Part shown: piece after piece, positions 9,526 through 19,809 of the stretch
Position numbering within the stretch: position 1 is the first letter of the stretch
How the letters are laid out: each line of letters opens with the position of its first letter
Origin: Pseudomonadota bacterium
GTDB taxonomy: Bacteria > Pseudomonadota > Gammaproteobacteria > Burkholderiales > JAKAFK01
Direction: 5' to 3'
Length of the DNA stretch: 64,000 bases
Assembly: GCA_021817985.1 (NCBI GenBank)
Contig: JAKAFK010000004.1
Span: 13,505-77,504, forward strand
The notes under the pieces: model-generated
The model's input: only the letters and a program-made list of their open reading frames with translations
Told to the model about the DNA's origin: nothing
The model's database searches: none
Program-made: the position numbers and the translations under genes

Positions 9526-10611
9526 TCATTCCTGATAAGTGGCCGCGCCGTTCCTGACGAAAGGATATCTTACAACTTTTGCGCTCAACGACTTGTCCCG
9601 GACTTGCACCGCAACCCGATCACCGGGCGACACCCCGATCGGCAGCCGCGCGAGCGCGACGGAAAGCCCCAGCGTCGGCGCGAAACCGCCGCTTGTGATC
9701 TCGCCCTGTCCAAGGGCCGTGCTCACCGCCTGATGGCTGCGCAACACCCCCTTGTCGAGCAGCACGAGCCCCACCAATTGCCGGGTGGGCTTCGTTGCCG
9801 CCAAGGCGGCCTTGCCGAGAAAATCGCGCGGGCTGTCGAGATCGACCGTCCAGGCGAGGCCCGATTCCAGCGGATTGGTCGCCTCGTCCATGTCCTGACC
9901 GTAGAGGTTCATCCCCGCCTCGAGGCGCAAGGTATCGCGCGCGCCGAGCCCGATCGGGGGAACGCCGGCGCGGTGCAGGGCGGCCCACAGCGCCGGGGCC
10001 GATGACGCCGGCAGCATGATCTCGAACCCGTCTTCCCCGGTATAGCCGGTGCGGGCGATGAAATAGTCGCCGAACGCCGCCGCCTGGAAGGGTTTGAGTC
10101 CCCCGGTGGCTTCCCGGCTGCCCGGGACCACGCCCCACACCTTCTCGCGCGCGTCGGGGCCCTGCACGGCCACCATGGCGAGGTCGCGCCGCGCAGCCAG
10201 CTCGAGCGAGGGCGCGAGGCGGTCGCGCTGGGCGCTAAGCCAGGCCAGGTCCTTGTCGCTGGTGGCGGCATTGACCACCAAGCGAAACCAATCCTCGCGC
10301 AGAAAGTAGATGATGAGATCGTCGAGCACGCCGCCACCGGCATCGAGCATGCAGGAGTAGAGCGCCTTGCCGGCTGCCTGAAGCTTGTCGACGTTGTTCG
10401 CCATGACCTGGCGCAAGAAGGTGCGAGCCCCTTCGCCCTTGAGATCGATGATCAGCATGTGCGAGACGTCGAACATCCCCGCCGCGCGCCGCACGGCATG
10501 ATGTTCCTCGATCTGCGAGCCATAGTGGAGCGGCATGTCCCAGCCCCCGAAGTCCACCATGCGCGCGCCCATATCCCGATGGGCCTGATTCAGCGGTGTC
10601 TGCTTAAGCAT
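9526..10611 (-). CDS. gcvT: Glycine cleavage aminomethyltransferase T
   Basis: [38 protein letters not shown]. Confidence 0.97.
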   Translation of the reverse strand: MLKQTPLNQAHRDMGARMVDFGGWDMPLHYGSQIEEHHAVRRAAGMFDVSHMLIIDLKGEGARTFLRQVMANNVDKLQAAGKALYSCMLDAGGGVLDDLIIYFLREDWFRLVVNAATSDKDLAWLSAQRDRLAPSLELAARRDLAMVAVQGPDAREKVWGVVPGSREATGGLKPFQAAAFGDYFIARTGYTGEDGFEIMLPASSAPALWAALHRAGVPPIGLGARDTLRLEAGMNLYGQDMDEATNPLESGLAWTVDLDSPRDFLGKAALAATKPTRQLVGLVLLDKGVLRSHQAVSTALGQGEITSGGFAPTLGLSVALARLPIGVSPGDRVAVQVRDKSLSAKVVRYPFVRNGAATYQE

Positions 10612-10861
10612 GTCTTTCCTTTGGTGCGCCAAGCGGCGACGAAGCCCCGGCCCGGCTTGCGGGCACGGCGGAATTCTGGAAACAGGCTGCGCGCGGGGAA
10701 GGCACGAAGGCCTGCCGGGGCGGAACGGAAAAACCGAATGGCGAAGGCCGCGACCCGCACCGGGACCGCGTCCAGGCGGGCAGCGCCGCCAAGTGGGGAG
10801 TGAAGCGACCAGAAAACGAGAACATGGGGCGCCCCTGATGGGTCAACGCATCGATTGGCAT

Positions 10862-11062
10862 TCCCCTCTGTCCTGGGACCTGAGAGATTACGGACGCCTC
10901 ATGCGTCCGCGTGCCCCTTCGGTGTCTTGATTGATCGCAGACGAATCAAGAGCTCTCCAGAGTTGCCCGGCCGGCGGTTCCTGTTACCTGAGCGATTACG
11001 GGTCGTTGCGCCTTCGGTGGTGCCTTGCGGCACGCTCTCCCGCCAAGCCGTCATATGGCAAT
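10862..11062 (-). ncRNA. Tandem glycine riboswitch (two aptamers)
   Basis: Minus strand GGAGAGC...CACCGAAGGCGCAA...AATCGCTCAGGTAACAGGAAC, followed by CTCTGGAGAGC...CACCGAAGGGGCAC...AATCTCTCAGGTCCCAGGACAGAGGG, upstream of gcvT. Confidence 0.95.
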
Positions 11063-11075
11063 TGCAAACGTGGCG

Positions 11076-11104
11076 ACTATACCCGAGCATGACCTGCCTG
11101 GCAA
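11076..11104 (-). promoter_or_regulatory. Sigma-70 promoter of the riboswitch/gcv operon
   Basis: TTGCCA-17 bp-TATAGT on the minus strand immediately 5' of the riboswitch. Confidence 0.7.
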
Positions 11105-11162
11105 GGCGGCAACGGGGAATGGGCGGGAGAGGCTCCGGGCACGACCCGCGTCGCCGCCGCAT

Positions 11163-13004
11163 TCAGTCGATGAGATGATGAACAGGCATTTTGCCGATTT
11201 CCCATGCATCCGCCCGCGCGTCGTATTGCGAGCAGGTGAACACATGCCAATCCGGATCGACAAGCCTCGGGTAATCCGCGCGGTAGTAGTAGCCTGGCCA
11301 GCGGGTCTCCTGCCTGTAGAGCGTGTGCCGAATCACCGCCTCGGCGGTCCAGACCCGATGATGGAGCTCCCACGCCCTTTGCAGCTGGTGGAGGTCCTCG
11401 GCCCCGATCCGCCCGAGATCCTCCTTGAGCAGGGTCAACAGCTCAAGCCCGCGATTGAGCATCGGCTCGCTCGTGACATAGAACGTACTGATCCCGCCCG
11501 CATACTCGTCCATGATCTTCTCCAGCCTTTGCAGGCCCTGAAGGGGCGAAATGTAGTCGGGCGCCACGGTTCCGGCGACGATCGCGTTCCTGGCCACCGC
11601 GAAGTGCGCCAGGGGTTGGTAGACGAGCGCCTTGAGTGTGCGGAGCTGGGCTTCGTCCGGCCGGGGAGCCTGCGCGCCCGATTCCAGGACAAAGCGGACG
11701 GCCGATTTCCCTGCGATTCGCCCCTCGGTGAAGGAGCCCGACGAAAATTTGTGGGCCGATCCTCCGATCGTGTCGCCCGCCCCGAAGAGCCCTTCCACCG
11801 TGGTCATCCGGTTGTAGCCCCACTGGTAGTCCGCCGGCGCGCAATCTTCCGGGCCGCTCGCCCAGGCCCCGGAGCAGGTGGCATGAGAACCCATGACATA
11901 GGGCTCGGACGTGATGAGTTCGGAGGCCCGCTCCTTCGGATCGATGTTCTGCGAGGCCCACAAGACGGCCTGCCCGACGGTCATGTCGAGAAAATCCTCC
12001 CAGCCGATCTCTTCCTTGTGCCGGGTGTCGAGCACGTCCTTCGTTTGCATGTAGATGGGCCCCGCGCCGGCCTTGAGCTCCTGAAGCATGGCGTGGTTCC
12101 GCAGGCAGGTGGGCAGGGGCGAGCTCTCCGCGTAGCGCCCGACGAGCGCCTTGAGCTCCTCGCGCCGGGCGGCCTCGTAGTCGCCCTGCGCGGCATTGGT
12201 GGTGCGGGCCTTGAGCAGCAAGGACCAGGCACCGACGGGACCGTAGCCGTCCTTGAACCGCGCGAGCACGATCCGGTTCTCCATCTGGATCATCTTGGCG
12301 CCCGCCTGCAGCACCAGGCCATAGGCGGACGCGCTGCTCCAAGGGGCGTACCATGTCCTTCCCGCCCCTTCGCCGATCGACCGCGGCCGGAACACGTGCG
12401 AGGCGCCTCCGGCGCACACGATCACCGCTTTGGCCCTGAAAACATAGAAACGGCCGTCGCGAACGCCGAAGCCCACAGCGCCGGCCACGCGGTTCCTGCG
12501 CGTCCCATCGGTCAGCAGATGGGTGACCATGACCCGATTGAACACGGTCACCGATTTGCGGGCCGCCTCGGCGATGATCGGCTTGTAACTCTCGCCATGG
12601 ATCATCACCTGCCACCGGCCCTCCCTCAGATAGCGGCCGGTCTCGGGGTGCTTCATGATCGGCAAGCCCCACTCTTCGAACTTGTGCACGGTGGAATCCA
12701 CATGGCGGGCGATGTCGAAAATGAGGTCCTCCCTGACAAGGCCCATGAGGTCGCTTCTGGCATAGCGCACGAAGTCGTCGGGCCGGTTCTCGCCCCAGCG
12801 CATGCCCATGTAGCAATTGATGGCCGACAAACCATGCGCGACGGCACCGCTCCTTTCGATGTTGGCTTTCTCGACCAGCACGATGTTGAGGTCGCGGCCC
12901 CAGTACCTGGACTCGTAGGCAGCCCCGCAGCCGCCGAATCCACCGCCGATGATGAGGATATCCGAGTCGATGTATCGGGTTTGTTTCGATGACCAGGGGC
13001 CCAT
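11163..13004 (-). CDS. aprA: Adenylylsulfate (APS) reductase alpha subunit
   Basis: FAD motif IIGGGFGGCGAA, RSGAVAHGLSAINCY, MIHGESYKPIIAEAA, EPYVMGSHA, HKFSSGSFTEGR, RQETRWPGYYYR. Confidence 0.95.
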   Translation of the reverse strand: MGPWSSKQTRYIDSDILIIGGGFGGCGAAYESRYWGRDLNIVLVEKANIERSGAVAHGLSAINCYMGMRWGENRPDDFVRYARSDLMGLVREDLIFDIARHVDSTVHKFEEWGLPIMKHPETGRYLREGRWQVMIHGESYKPIIAEAARKSVTVFNRVMVTHLLTDGTRRNRVAGAVGFGVRDGRFYVFRAKAVIVCAGGASHVFRPRSIGEGAGRTWYAPWSSASAYGLVLQAGAKMIQMENRIVLARFKDGYGPVGAWSLLLKARTTNAAQGDYEAARREELKALVGRYAESSPLPTCLRNHAMLQELKAGAGPIYMQTKDVLDTRHKEEIGWEDFLDMTVGQAVLWASQNIDPKERASELITSEPYVMGSHATCSGAWASGPEDCAPADYQWGYNRMTTVEGLFGAGDTIGGSAHKFSSGSFTEGRIAGKSAVRFVLESGAQAPRPDEAQLRTLKALVYQPLAHFAVARNAIVAGTVAPDYISPLQGLQRLEKIMDEYAGGISTFYVTSEPMLNRGLELLTLLKEDLGRIGAEDLHQLQRAWELHHRVWTAEAVIRHTLYRQETRWPGYYYRADYPRLVDPDWHVFTCSQYDARADAWEIGKMPVHHLID

Positions 13005-13008
13005 GGGA

Positions 13009-13464
13009 TCACTCGCTTCGCGTGGCAAGGGGAGACAGCTGCGGCAGGCCTTCGGTCCCGAGGGCCTCGGGTTCGTGCGCGAGCCACTGGGAACGCAATG
13101 CGTCCGGGCGCGGGGTCTCATACCCGGAAGGCGGCTTGATCGAGCCCCATGGCGTCGTCCGTATTGGAAACGTGAACTGTTGGACCCTTCCGTCGCGATA
13201 CCGGATCTTCCAGGAAATCACGCCTTTGCGCTCTTCCCGGCGCACCCGCACGCTGTGGCCGAGGGGGGCGAAGTCGGCATACCCGCGCACGTCGATCGCA
13301 TGCTGCGGGCATGCCTTCACGCAGGAATAGCATTCCCAGCAGAAATTCGGCTCCACGTTGTACGAGCGTCGGTAGCGGGGCTCGATGTGCATGATGTCCG
13401 AAGGGCAGATGTCCACGCACTCCCCGCATCCGTCGCACCTCGCCATGTAGGTGAAGGTCGGCAT
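13009..13464 (-). CDS. aprB: APS reductase beta subunit (2x[4Fe-4S])
   Basis: MPTFTY..RCDGCGECVDICPSDIM, CWECYSCVKACP, RGYADFAPLG. Confidence 0.95.
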   Translation of the reverse strand: MPTFTYMARCDGCGECVDICPSDIMHIEPRYRRSYNVEPNFCWECYSCVKACPQHAIDVRGYADFAPLGHSVRVRREERKGVISWKIRYRDGRVQQFTFPIRTTPWGSIKPPSGYETPRPDALRSQWLAHEPEALGTEGLPQLSPLATRSE

Positions 13465-13469
13465 CGAGG

Positions 13470-14228
13470 CTACCCCCCGTCGTCGCCGCGCTCGCGCGCG
13501 GGGGGCGGCAGGTCGGATGCCCCGCTCGCCTCGTCCCGCTTCGCCTGAAACGCCAGCACGGGCTTGTAGAACATGTGGGGAAACTTGGACCACGCGACGG
13601 TGACGAAAAGCAGCGTCGTCACGCCGCCGTAGAGGCCGGACAACACCTTGATCGCGGCCATGTTTGCGCTCAGCTCTCCCCATTCGAGCAAGAGACCGAA
13701 GGCGACGCTCGCAAGCAGCGAGGCGAGGAACAAATCGGCGCGCCGCAGCCGCCACGCCGACTGGCCATCATGCGTCACGTCGACCCGCAGGAAGAAAAAA
13801 AACCAACCGCTGCCGACCAGCGTCATCAGGGCACCGATGTTCCAGCACACCGGCAAAATCAGCGGCGGGTGACGTTCGGCGGGATAGCCGAACACCAAGG
13901 CGACGGTGGTCGCCACATAGAGAATGAAACCGTAGAACATCAAGGCGTGAGCGATCCGCTTGGCGCGGTTGCAGAATTCGCCGAAGGCCGCGAGATCGAT
14001 GAGGAGCGTGCGCGCCGCAAGCCGCAGGCCCTCACGCGCACCCAGCGCGCGCCTTGCGGCGGCACGCGCTCGCCGCCGATCCCGCAGGAAGAAGGCCGCC
14101 TTCTTCCCGTGAACAAGGTCGTACGAGGTGCCCAAGGCCACGGCAAGCGCCATCAGGACGAGGTAGCCCCGCAGGATGTCCGGAGACACGAAGGACACCA
14201 ATGGCGCAAAGGGATTGCCGATCAGCAT
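13470..14228 (-). CDS. aprM: APS reductase membrane anchor
   Basis: Multi-TM protein with GEFCN..RIAHALMFYG and WSKFPHMFYKP, directly upstream of aprB. Confidence 0.88.
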   Translation of the reverse strand: MLIGNPFAPLVSFVSPDILRGYLVLMALAVALGTSYDLVHGKKAAFFLRDRRRARAAARRALGAREGLRLAARTLLIDLAAFGEFCNRAKRIAHALMFYGFILYVATTVALVFGYPAERHPPLILPVCWNIGALMTLVGSGWFFFFLRVDVTHDGQSAWRLRRADLFLASLLASVAFGLLLEWGELSANMAAIKVLSGLYGGVTTLLFVTVAWSKFPHMFYKPVLAFQAKRDEASGASDLPPPARERGDDGG

Positions 14229-14335
14229 GCGACCTCCCGCCTGTTTCGGTCGGGCCGTCTCGCCCCAGGCCGCGCGCTTCGACGCAGGACGTCATCGCGC
14301 CGCCCAAGCAGCCTGAGGATCCCCTTACCCTAAGC

Positions 14336-15265
14336 CTAGCATTTTAACGGCCGCTCGGTTGGGCCGGTGCGGCCTCGGGCTGCCGGGCCTTGGCGCGCCA
14401 GCTCGATGAATCCCCTGAGATAGTCAATCGCGCCATCCGCCTCGCGCGTACCGATGAAAATCTGCTTGGCAATGCCCTCCTCGCCCAGACGGACCGGGAC
14501 GACCGCAAGGCGATCGGCATATTCCTCCGCAAGCCAGAGTGGCAACGCCGCAACGCCCCGGCCGCTTGCGACCATCTGAACGATGATGTCCGTGGTCTCG
14601 ATGACCTGGTGCCGTTTGGGGAGAATACCCGCCGGGGTGAGGAACTGGTTGTAGAGGTCCAGCCGATGGGTGTCGACGGGGTAGCTGATGAGGGTCTCCT
14701 CGGCGAGCTGCTCGGGACGAACAAATGAGACCGACGCAAGGGGGTGGGTTTCGGCGACGAGGAGCACCTGCTCGTAGTCGAAGACCGGGACGAAGCGAAG
14801 TCCCGGCTTCTGCAACGGATCCGGCGTCACCAGCACATCGATGTCGTAGCCGAACAAGGCCCCGATCCCGCCGAACTGGAAGCGTTGCTTGACGTCCACA
14901 TCGACGTCCGGCCAGCGGGCAAGATAAGGCGCCACGACCTTGAGCAGCCACTGGTAGCAAGGATGGCATTCCATGCCGATGCGCAGCGTTCCCCGCCGGC
15001 CCTGCGCATATTGGCTCATGCGCGCCTCGGCATGCTCGAACTGCGGCAACAGCCGATGGGCAAGCGCGAGGAGATACTGGCCGGCCTGCGTGAGCCGCAG
15101 GCCGCGCCCTTCACGATCCCAGATCGCGGTGCCCAGCTGTTGCTCGATTTTCCTGACGGCGTGGCTGAGGGCCGATTGCGTCAGGTGCAGCGCTTGTGCC
15201 GCTGCGGTCAGCGACCCTTGCCGATCCACTTCCCGGACGATCACCAGATGAACACGTTCCAGCAT
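14336..15265 (-). CDS. metR: LysR-family regulator MetR
   Basis: LysR HTH (LTQSALSH), ECHPCYQWL; divergent from metE. Confidence 0.93.
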   Translation of the reverse strand: MLERVHLVIVREVDRQGSLTAAAQALHLTQSALSHAVRKIEQQLGTAIWDREGRGLRLTQAGQYLLALAHRLLPQFEHAEARMSQYAQGRRGTLRIGMECHPCYQWLLKVVAPYLARWPDVDVDVKQRFQFGGIGALFGYDIDVLVTPDPLQKPGLRFVPVFDYEQVLLVAETHPLASVSFVRPEQLAEETLISYPVDTHRLDLYNQFLTPAGILPKRHQVIETTDIIVQMVASGRGVAALPLWLAEEYADRLAVVPVRLGEEGIAKQIFIGTREADGAIDYLRGFIELARQGPAARGRTGPTERPLKC

Positions 15266-15276
15266 GGTCTGCCTTT

Positions 15277-15312
15277 ATGAATATTTGCCATCGATGGATG
15301 AAAACATTCCAT
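15277..15312. promoter_or_regulatory. Tandem MetR/LysR boxes
   Basis: ATGAATATTTGCCAT (15277) and ATGAAAACATTCCAT (15298), both T-N11-A, 21 bp apart, between metR and metE. Confidence 0.7.
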
Positions 15313-15375
15313 TTTATTTCATGTGTCAAGCGCTTTACCATCGCTGCTCGACATTTTTCGGAGCGGCGCATCACC

Positions 15376-17817
15376 ATGATCACCACGCACAATCTCGGTT
15401 TCCCGCGCATCGGCGCGCAGCGCGAACTCAAGTTCGCCCTGGAACGCTACTGGAGCGGGCAACTGCCGCGCGCCGAGCTGACGGCGCTGGGCGCCCGGTT
15501 GCGCAAACGGCACTGGTCCGACCAGGCAGGCCTCGACTTCGTGCCGGTCGGCGATTTCGCCTTCTATGATCAGATCCTCGACATGAGCTTCACGCTCGGC
15601 AACCTGCCGGAGCGCGTGCAAGGGTATGACGGGGATGCGCTCGACAACTCCTTCCGCGTCGCGCGCGGCCGCTCGGTTCGACCGGCCGAAGCGCACGGCG
15701 CCTGCTGCGGCGAGGTCGTGGCGGGCGAGATGACCAAGTGGTTCAACACCAACTACCATTACATCGTGCCGGAATTCACTGCGGGCACCCGGTTTTCCCT
15801 GGACAGCGCTCGTCTGTTGGAGCAACTCGCCGAGGCGCGCGCGCTCGGCGTGAACGCCAAGCCGGTCATCATCGGCCCGCTCACGTACCTGTGGCTGGGC
15901 AAGGCGAAGGACCATTCCGATCGGCTCGCGCTCCTGCCGCGATTGTTGCCCGTCTATGCCGCTTTGCTTGACCAGTTGGCGGGGCAAGGCGTGGAGTGGG
16001 TGCAAGTGGACGAACCCATCCTGGCGACCGACCTCGATGAGAACTGGCGGCACGCGTTCAATCTCGCCTACCACGACCTCAAGGCCGTGCGAATCAAGCT
16101 GCTGTTGACGAGCTACTTCGGCCCGTTGCAGGACAATCTGTATCTGGCCGCCCATCTTCCCATCGCCGGCCTGCACATCGATGCCGTGTCCGGGCGCGAA
16201 GACGTCCAGCCGCTCCTCAACGTGCTGCCTGCGCACAAGGTCGTCTCCCTGGGCGTGATCGACGGGCGCAATGTCTGGAAAAGCGATCTCGGCCGCATCC
16301 TCGATTGGCTGGAGCCTGTAGCCTGCCGCCTGGGCGATCGGCTCTGGCTGGCCCCGTCGTGCTCGCTGCTGCATGTGCCCGTCGATCTGACCGGCGAACG
16401 GCAGCTCGACCCCGAGGTGCGTTCCTGGCTGGCCTTTGCACTGCAGAAGCTGGAGGAACTCAAGATCCTGGCGGCCGCCCTCAACGAGGGCCGGGCCTCG
16501 GTTGCCGGGGCGCTCGCCGAGAATGCGGCCGCAACCCTGAGCCGGCGCACCTCGGGCCGCGTCCACAATCCGGCCGTCAAGGCAAAACTCGCGCGGATCG
16601 ATGGGGAGCTGGGTCGGCGCGCAAGCCCCTACGCCGAGCGTGCGCCGCGACAAGCGGCCATCCTCCAGCTCCCGCGCTATCCCACCACGACGATCGGATC
16701 CTTCCCACAGACCGCCGAGATCCGTCAGGCACGCCGTCAGTACAGGAGCGGCGCACTGGACGAGACAGGCTACACGACGCTCATGCGGCGCGAGATTGCA
16801 CGCTGCGTGCAGGTTCAGGAGGCGCTCGGGCTCGACGTCCTCGTGCATGGCGAGGCGGAGCGCAATGACATGGTCGAGTATTTCGGCGAGCAGCTCGAAG
16901 GCTACGCGTTCAGCCAGTTCGGCTGGGTGCAGTCCTACGGCTCACGCTGCGTCAAGCCGCCGATCCTGTTCGGCGACATCAGCCGCCCGAAGGCGATGAC
17001 CGTCGAGTGGATCGCGTACGCACAATCGCTGACCCACAAGCCGATGAAGGGCATGCTGACCGGCCCGGTCACCCTCCTGAATTGGTCGTTTGTGCGCGAC
17101 GACCAGCCCCGTTCGGTGTCGTGCCATCAGCTCGCGATCGCGATTCGGGAGGAAGTGCTCGATCTCGAGCGCGCCGGTACGCGCGTCATTCAGATCGACG
17201 AAGCGGCACTTCGCGAGGGGCTGCCGCTGCGCCGCTCGCAATGGGACGAGCACCTGCGGTGGGCGGTGGACGCTTTCCGCATCGCCGCCAACGGCGTGCG
17301 CGACGAAACGCAGATCCACACGCACATGTGCTACTCGGAATTCAACGACATCATCGCGTCGATCGCCGACATGGACGCGGACGTGATCACCATCGAGACG
17401 TCGCGCTCCGACATGGCCTTGCTGGAGGCCTTCGACGCCTTCCGGTATCCGAACGAAATCGGCCCGGGTGTCTACGACATCCATTCGCCCAACACCCCCA
17501 GCGAGGCCCATATCGTCGATCTGATCAAGAAGGCAGCCTTGCGCATCCCGGCCGAACGCTTGTGGGTGAACCCCGACTGCGGCCTGAAAACCCGCCAATG
17601 GGAGGAGGTCCTTGCCGCCCTGACGCGCATGGTTGCCGCCGCCAAGGCGCTGCGCGCGGCCACACCCGATCCGGACAAACCGCACGTGCCTTCCGCCGGC
17701 CAAGCCAGCGAGCCGGGGGGCTCACGTCTCGCGCGGGCCCCGGCACGCAGGGCCGGCCGGCGGCCGCCGTCTCCAGAGCACAGGAAGGACACGCACCGTG
17801 AACACGAAGAGCGATAG
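15376..17817 (+). CDS. metE: Cobalamin-independent methionine synthase
   Basis: [46 protein letters not shown]; carries an extra tail of about 50 aa. Confidence 0.97.
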   Translation: MITTHNLGFPRIGAQRELKFALERYWSGQLPRAELTALGARLRKRHWSDQAGLDFVPVGDFAFYDQILDMSFTLGNLPERVQGYDGDALDNSFRVARGRSVRPAEAHGACCGEVVAGEMTKWFNTNYHYIVPEFTAGTRFSLDSARLLEQLAEARALGVNAKPVIIGPLTYLWLGKAKDHSDRLALLPRLLPVYAALLDQLAGQGVEWVQVDEPILATDLDENWRHAFNLAYHDLKAVRIKLLLTSYFGPLQDNLYLAAHLPIAGLHIDAVSGREDVQPLLNVLPAHKVVSLGVIDGRNVWKSDLGRILDWLEPVACRLGDRLWLAPSCSLLHVPVDLTGERQLDPEVRSWLAFALQKLEELKILAAALNEGRASVAGALAENAAATLSRRTSGRVHNPAVKAKLARIDGELGRRASPYAERAPRQAAILQLPRYPTTTIGSFPQTAEIRQARRQYRSGALDETGYTTLMRREIARCVQVQEALGLDVLVHGEAERNDMVEYFGEQLEGYAFSQFGWVQSYGSRCVKPPILFGDISRPKAMTVEWIAYAQSLTHKPMKGMLTGPVTLLNWSFVRDDQPRSVSCHQLAIAIREEVLDLERAGTRVIQIDEAALREGLPLRRSQWDEHLRWAVDAFRIAANGVRDETQIHTHMCYSEFNDIIASIADMDADVITIETSRSDMALLEAFDAFRYPNEIGPGVYDIHSPNTPSEAHIVDLIKKAALRIPAERLWVNPDCGLKTRQWEEVLAALTRMVAAAKALRAATPDPDKPHVPSAGQASEPGGSRLARAPARRAGRRPPSPEHRKDTHREHEER

Positions 17818-18426
17818 CCAGATCAGGCAACCGCCGGCCACGGCCAGTCTGTGCACCTGGAAGAGGAACCCCCCCACATAGCCCATCAGCCCGGCGTGCG
17901 CGAACCCCATCTGCAGCCAGGGCCACACGCCCTGGCGAATGGGGTTGCCCGTGAAGCGCGGCAGCATGTGGGCGCCCAGCCCATAGATCAGGAAGATCAT
18001 GAAGCCGACCGTCATCAGGTGCAGCGCAACCGGCCTCGCAGGGCCGTCGGTGAGCAAGGTCCCATTGATCGCGAGGCCGAGCCCGGCGATCATGAGATAG
18101 ACCATGGAGGCCAGCACGAAAAAACGGTTGTCCGGAGAAAAGGACTGGGCGAACGCCGCCGCTTGGCCTTCCGCCCGAGATCCGGCCTGCGCGGCCCATG
18201 CGCGTGCGATCGAGAGGGTGTGCACGCCGGTGCCCGCGAGCGCGCCATCCACCAGCAGCGCCGGCACGCCCTCGAGCCCCAGCCGGTTCGCGAGCGCGCG
18301 CCCTTCGGGCTGCGCGACGTCGATGACCGCGAACGCGAAGCGGCACTCTTCGGCGACGTGCCGCCAGGCGGCTTCCGCCTCGCGGCACGCGGGGCACTCT
18401 TGCGACACCAGCAACGCCACGTTCAT
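17722..18426 (-). CDS. Thioredoxin-like (CPAC) domain fused to a 4-TM His-containing membrane domain
   Basis: ECPAC...GVPALLVDG glutaredoxin/thioredoxin fold; C-terminal half [23 protein letters not shown] is paralogous to the adjacent gene. Confidence 0.75.
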   Translation of the reverse strand: MNVALLVSQECPACREAEAAWRHVAEECRFAFAVIDVAQPEGRALANRLGLEGVPALLVDGALAGTGVHTLSIARAWAAQAGSRAEGQAAAFAQSFSPDNRFFVLASMVYLMIAGLGLAINGTLLTDGPARPVALHLMTVGFMIFLIYGLGAHMLPRFTGNPIRQGVWPWLQMGFAHAGLMGYVGGFLFQVHRLAVAGGCLIWLSLFVFTVRVLPVLWRRRPPAGPACRGPRET

Positions 18427-18550
18427 GGGCAATCCCCGCCTCCTCTCCCGGGCGCGGAAAACGCTCGTCTTCGCCATCGATCCCGGTCCGACGCCCCGCC
18501 CGCACCCGCGTCCCCGTTGGCCTCGATCCCCCGCCATACGCGCACCCCGC

Positions 18551-18946
18551 TCACGCCTTCGGCCCCCTCGCTCTCACCGTCATCACCATGTTGAGCCCGA
18601 ACAGCACCATCGCGCCATAGCTCAACGCACCGCCCACCAGCACGATCGCATGGGTCCACGTGAGCCATCCGGCCACCATGACGGGAAGCCCGATGTTCGC
18701 CAGATAAAGCTGCCAGTCCGCCATCCGTTCCGAATACAGCGGAAAGCCTGAGAAGCGCGGCAGCACGTGGAGGGCGATGCCATAGATCATCATGAGGATG
18801 AACCCCAGGAGCATGATATGGCCGTGCGCCCGGGGGACGTCGCCCGGAATCAGCGTCGGGTCGATCAGCCACGTGATCGCCAAGGCGCCCCCCAAGAGCC
18901 CATAGCCCAGAGCGAAGCTCAAAAACAATCGGTTCCTTTTATCCAT
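18551..18946 (-). CDS. Small 4-TM membrane protein (NnrS/heme-copper-oxidase-fragment-like)
   Basis: Four hydrophobic helices; AHGHIMLLGF..IYGIALHVLPRFSGFP. Confidence 0.75.
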   Translation of the reverse strand: MDKRNRLFLSFALGYGLLGGALAITWLIDPTLIPGDVPRAHGHIMLLGFILMMIYGIALHVLPRFSGFPLYSERMADWQLYLANIGLPVMVAGWLTWTHAIVLVGGALSYGAMVLFGLNMVMTVRARGPKA

Positions 18947-19008
18947 GGCTCGTGTATATTTGGCTGCGCGACACGGTGCGATTCTGTGCCTCGCCGTGAC
19001 GAACCGCA

Positions 19009-19022
19009 TTGACCTAAGTCAA
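19009..19022. promoter_or_regulatory. FNR/Dnr box
   Basis: Perfect palindromic arms TTGAC-CTAA-GTCAA between the Crp/Fnr gene and the divergent membrane-protein genes. Confidence 0.8.
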
Positions 19023-19045
19023 AGCGGTGGCGATATAATCGGCGG

Positions 19046-19726
19046 ATGCCCCTCGATCGTCCAGACATCGAACGCTTCCGCCACACCTATCTTTTCACGG
19101 CACTGACCGATGAGGAGATCGATAAGGTCGCCGCCCATGCCCGCACCCGCGAGTGTCGCCCCGGCGAGATCCTCTTCACCCAGGGCGCGCCCTGTCATCA
19201 CTTCTTCCATGTGGAAGCCGGGGTCATCAAGCTTTACCGGCTGTCGCCCTCGGGGGAAGAGAAGGTCATGGAGCTCATCGGCCCGAATCACCTCTTCGCC
19301 GAGGCTGTCGTCTTCATGGGCGGGCGCTATCCGGTCCACGCCGAAGCGGTCGAAGCCGCACGGCTCATTGCGTTTGACAGCACGAATTTCATGGAGCTCC
19401 TGCGCTCCAACATGGATCTGTGCTTCCGCCTGATGTCGTCGATGAGCATGCGCATGCACGCCCTCATCAACGACATCGATCGCCTCACCCTCCATAGCGG
19501 CACGGAGCGGCTGATCCAGTACCTTCTGGACCAGCTGCCGCACGACGGAACCGCTCCCCCCAGCATACGCCTGGGCGTGCCCAAGCAGGTCATCGCATCA
19601 CGCCTCGGCGTTCAGCCGGAGACCCTGTCGCGCATCCTCGCCCGGCTTCGCAACGAAGGCCTGCTGGAAATCCACGACGATACCGTGGTGCTGAAGTCCC
19701 TCGAGGCGCTGCGCCGGCACGGTTAG
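19046..19726 (+). CDS. Crp/Fnr-family regulator (Dnr-like, lacking the FNR N-terminal Cys cluster)
   Basis: cNMP domain (GVIKLYRLSPSGEEKVM, LFAEAVVFMG) and HTH KQVIASRLGVQPETLSR. Confidence 0.9.
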   Translation: MPLDRPDIERFRHTYLFTALTDEEIDKVAAHARTRECRPGEILFTQGAPCHHFFHVEAGVIKLYRLSPSGEEKVMELIGPNHLFAEAVVFMGGRYPVHAEAVEAARLIAFDSTNFMELLRSNMDLCFRLMSSMSMRMHALINDIDRLTLHSGTERLIQYLLDQLPHDGTAPPSIRLGVPKQVIASRLGVQPETLSRILARLRNEGLLEIHDDTVVLKSLEALRRHG

Positions 19727-19809
19727 TTGCGGCCGGCCCGACGATCGGAACATGGGAACCCCCGCCAGGCGGCATCTTGCGCGCCGGGTGCAACCCGTTG
19801 GAGCACGCT

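Noticed and set aside
5457-12992. Long plus-strand ORFs (542, 563, 370 and 655 aa)
   Set aside because: Antisense shadows of the gcv and apr genes caused by high-GC codon bias; no motifs. The same applies to the shadows opposite glnA, ntrBC and the EPS genes.
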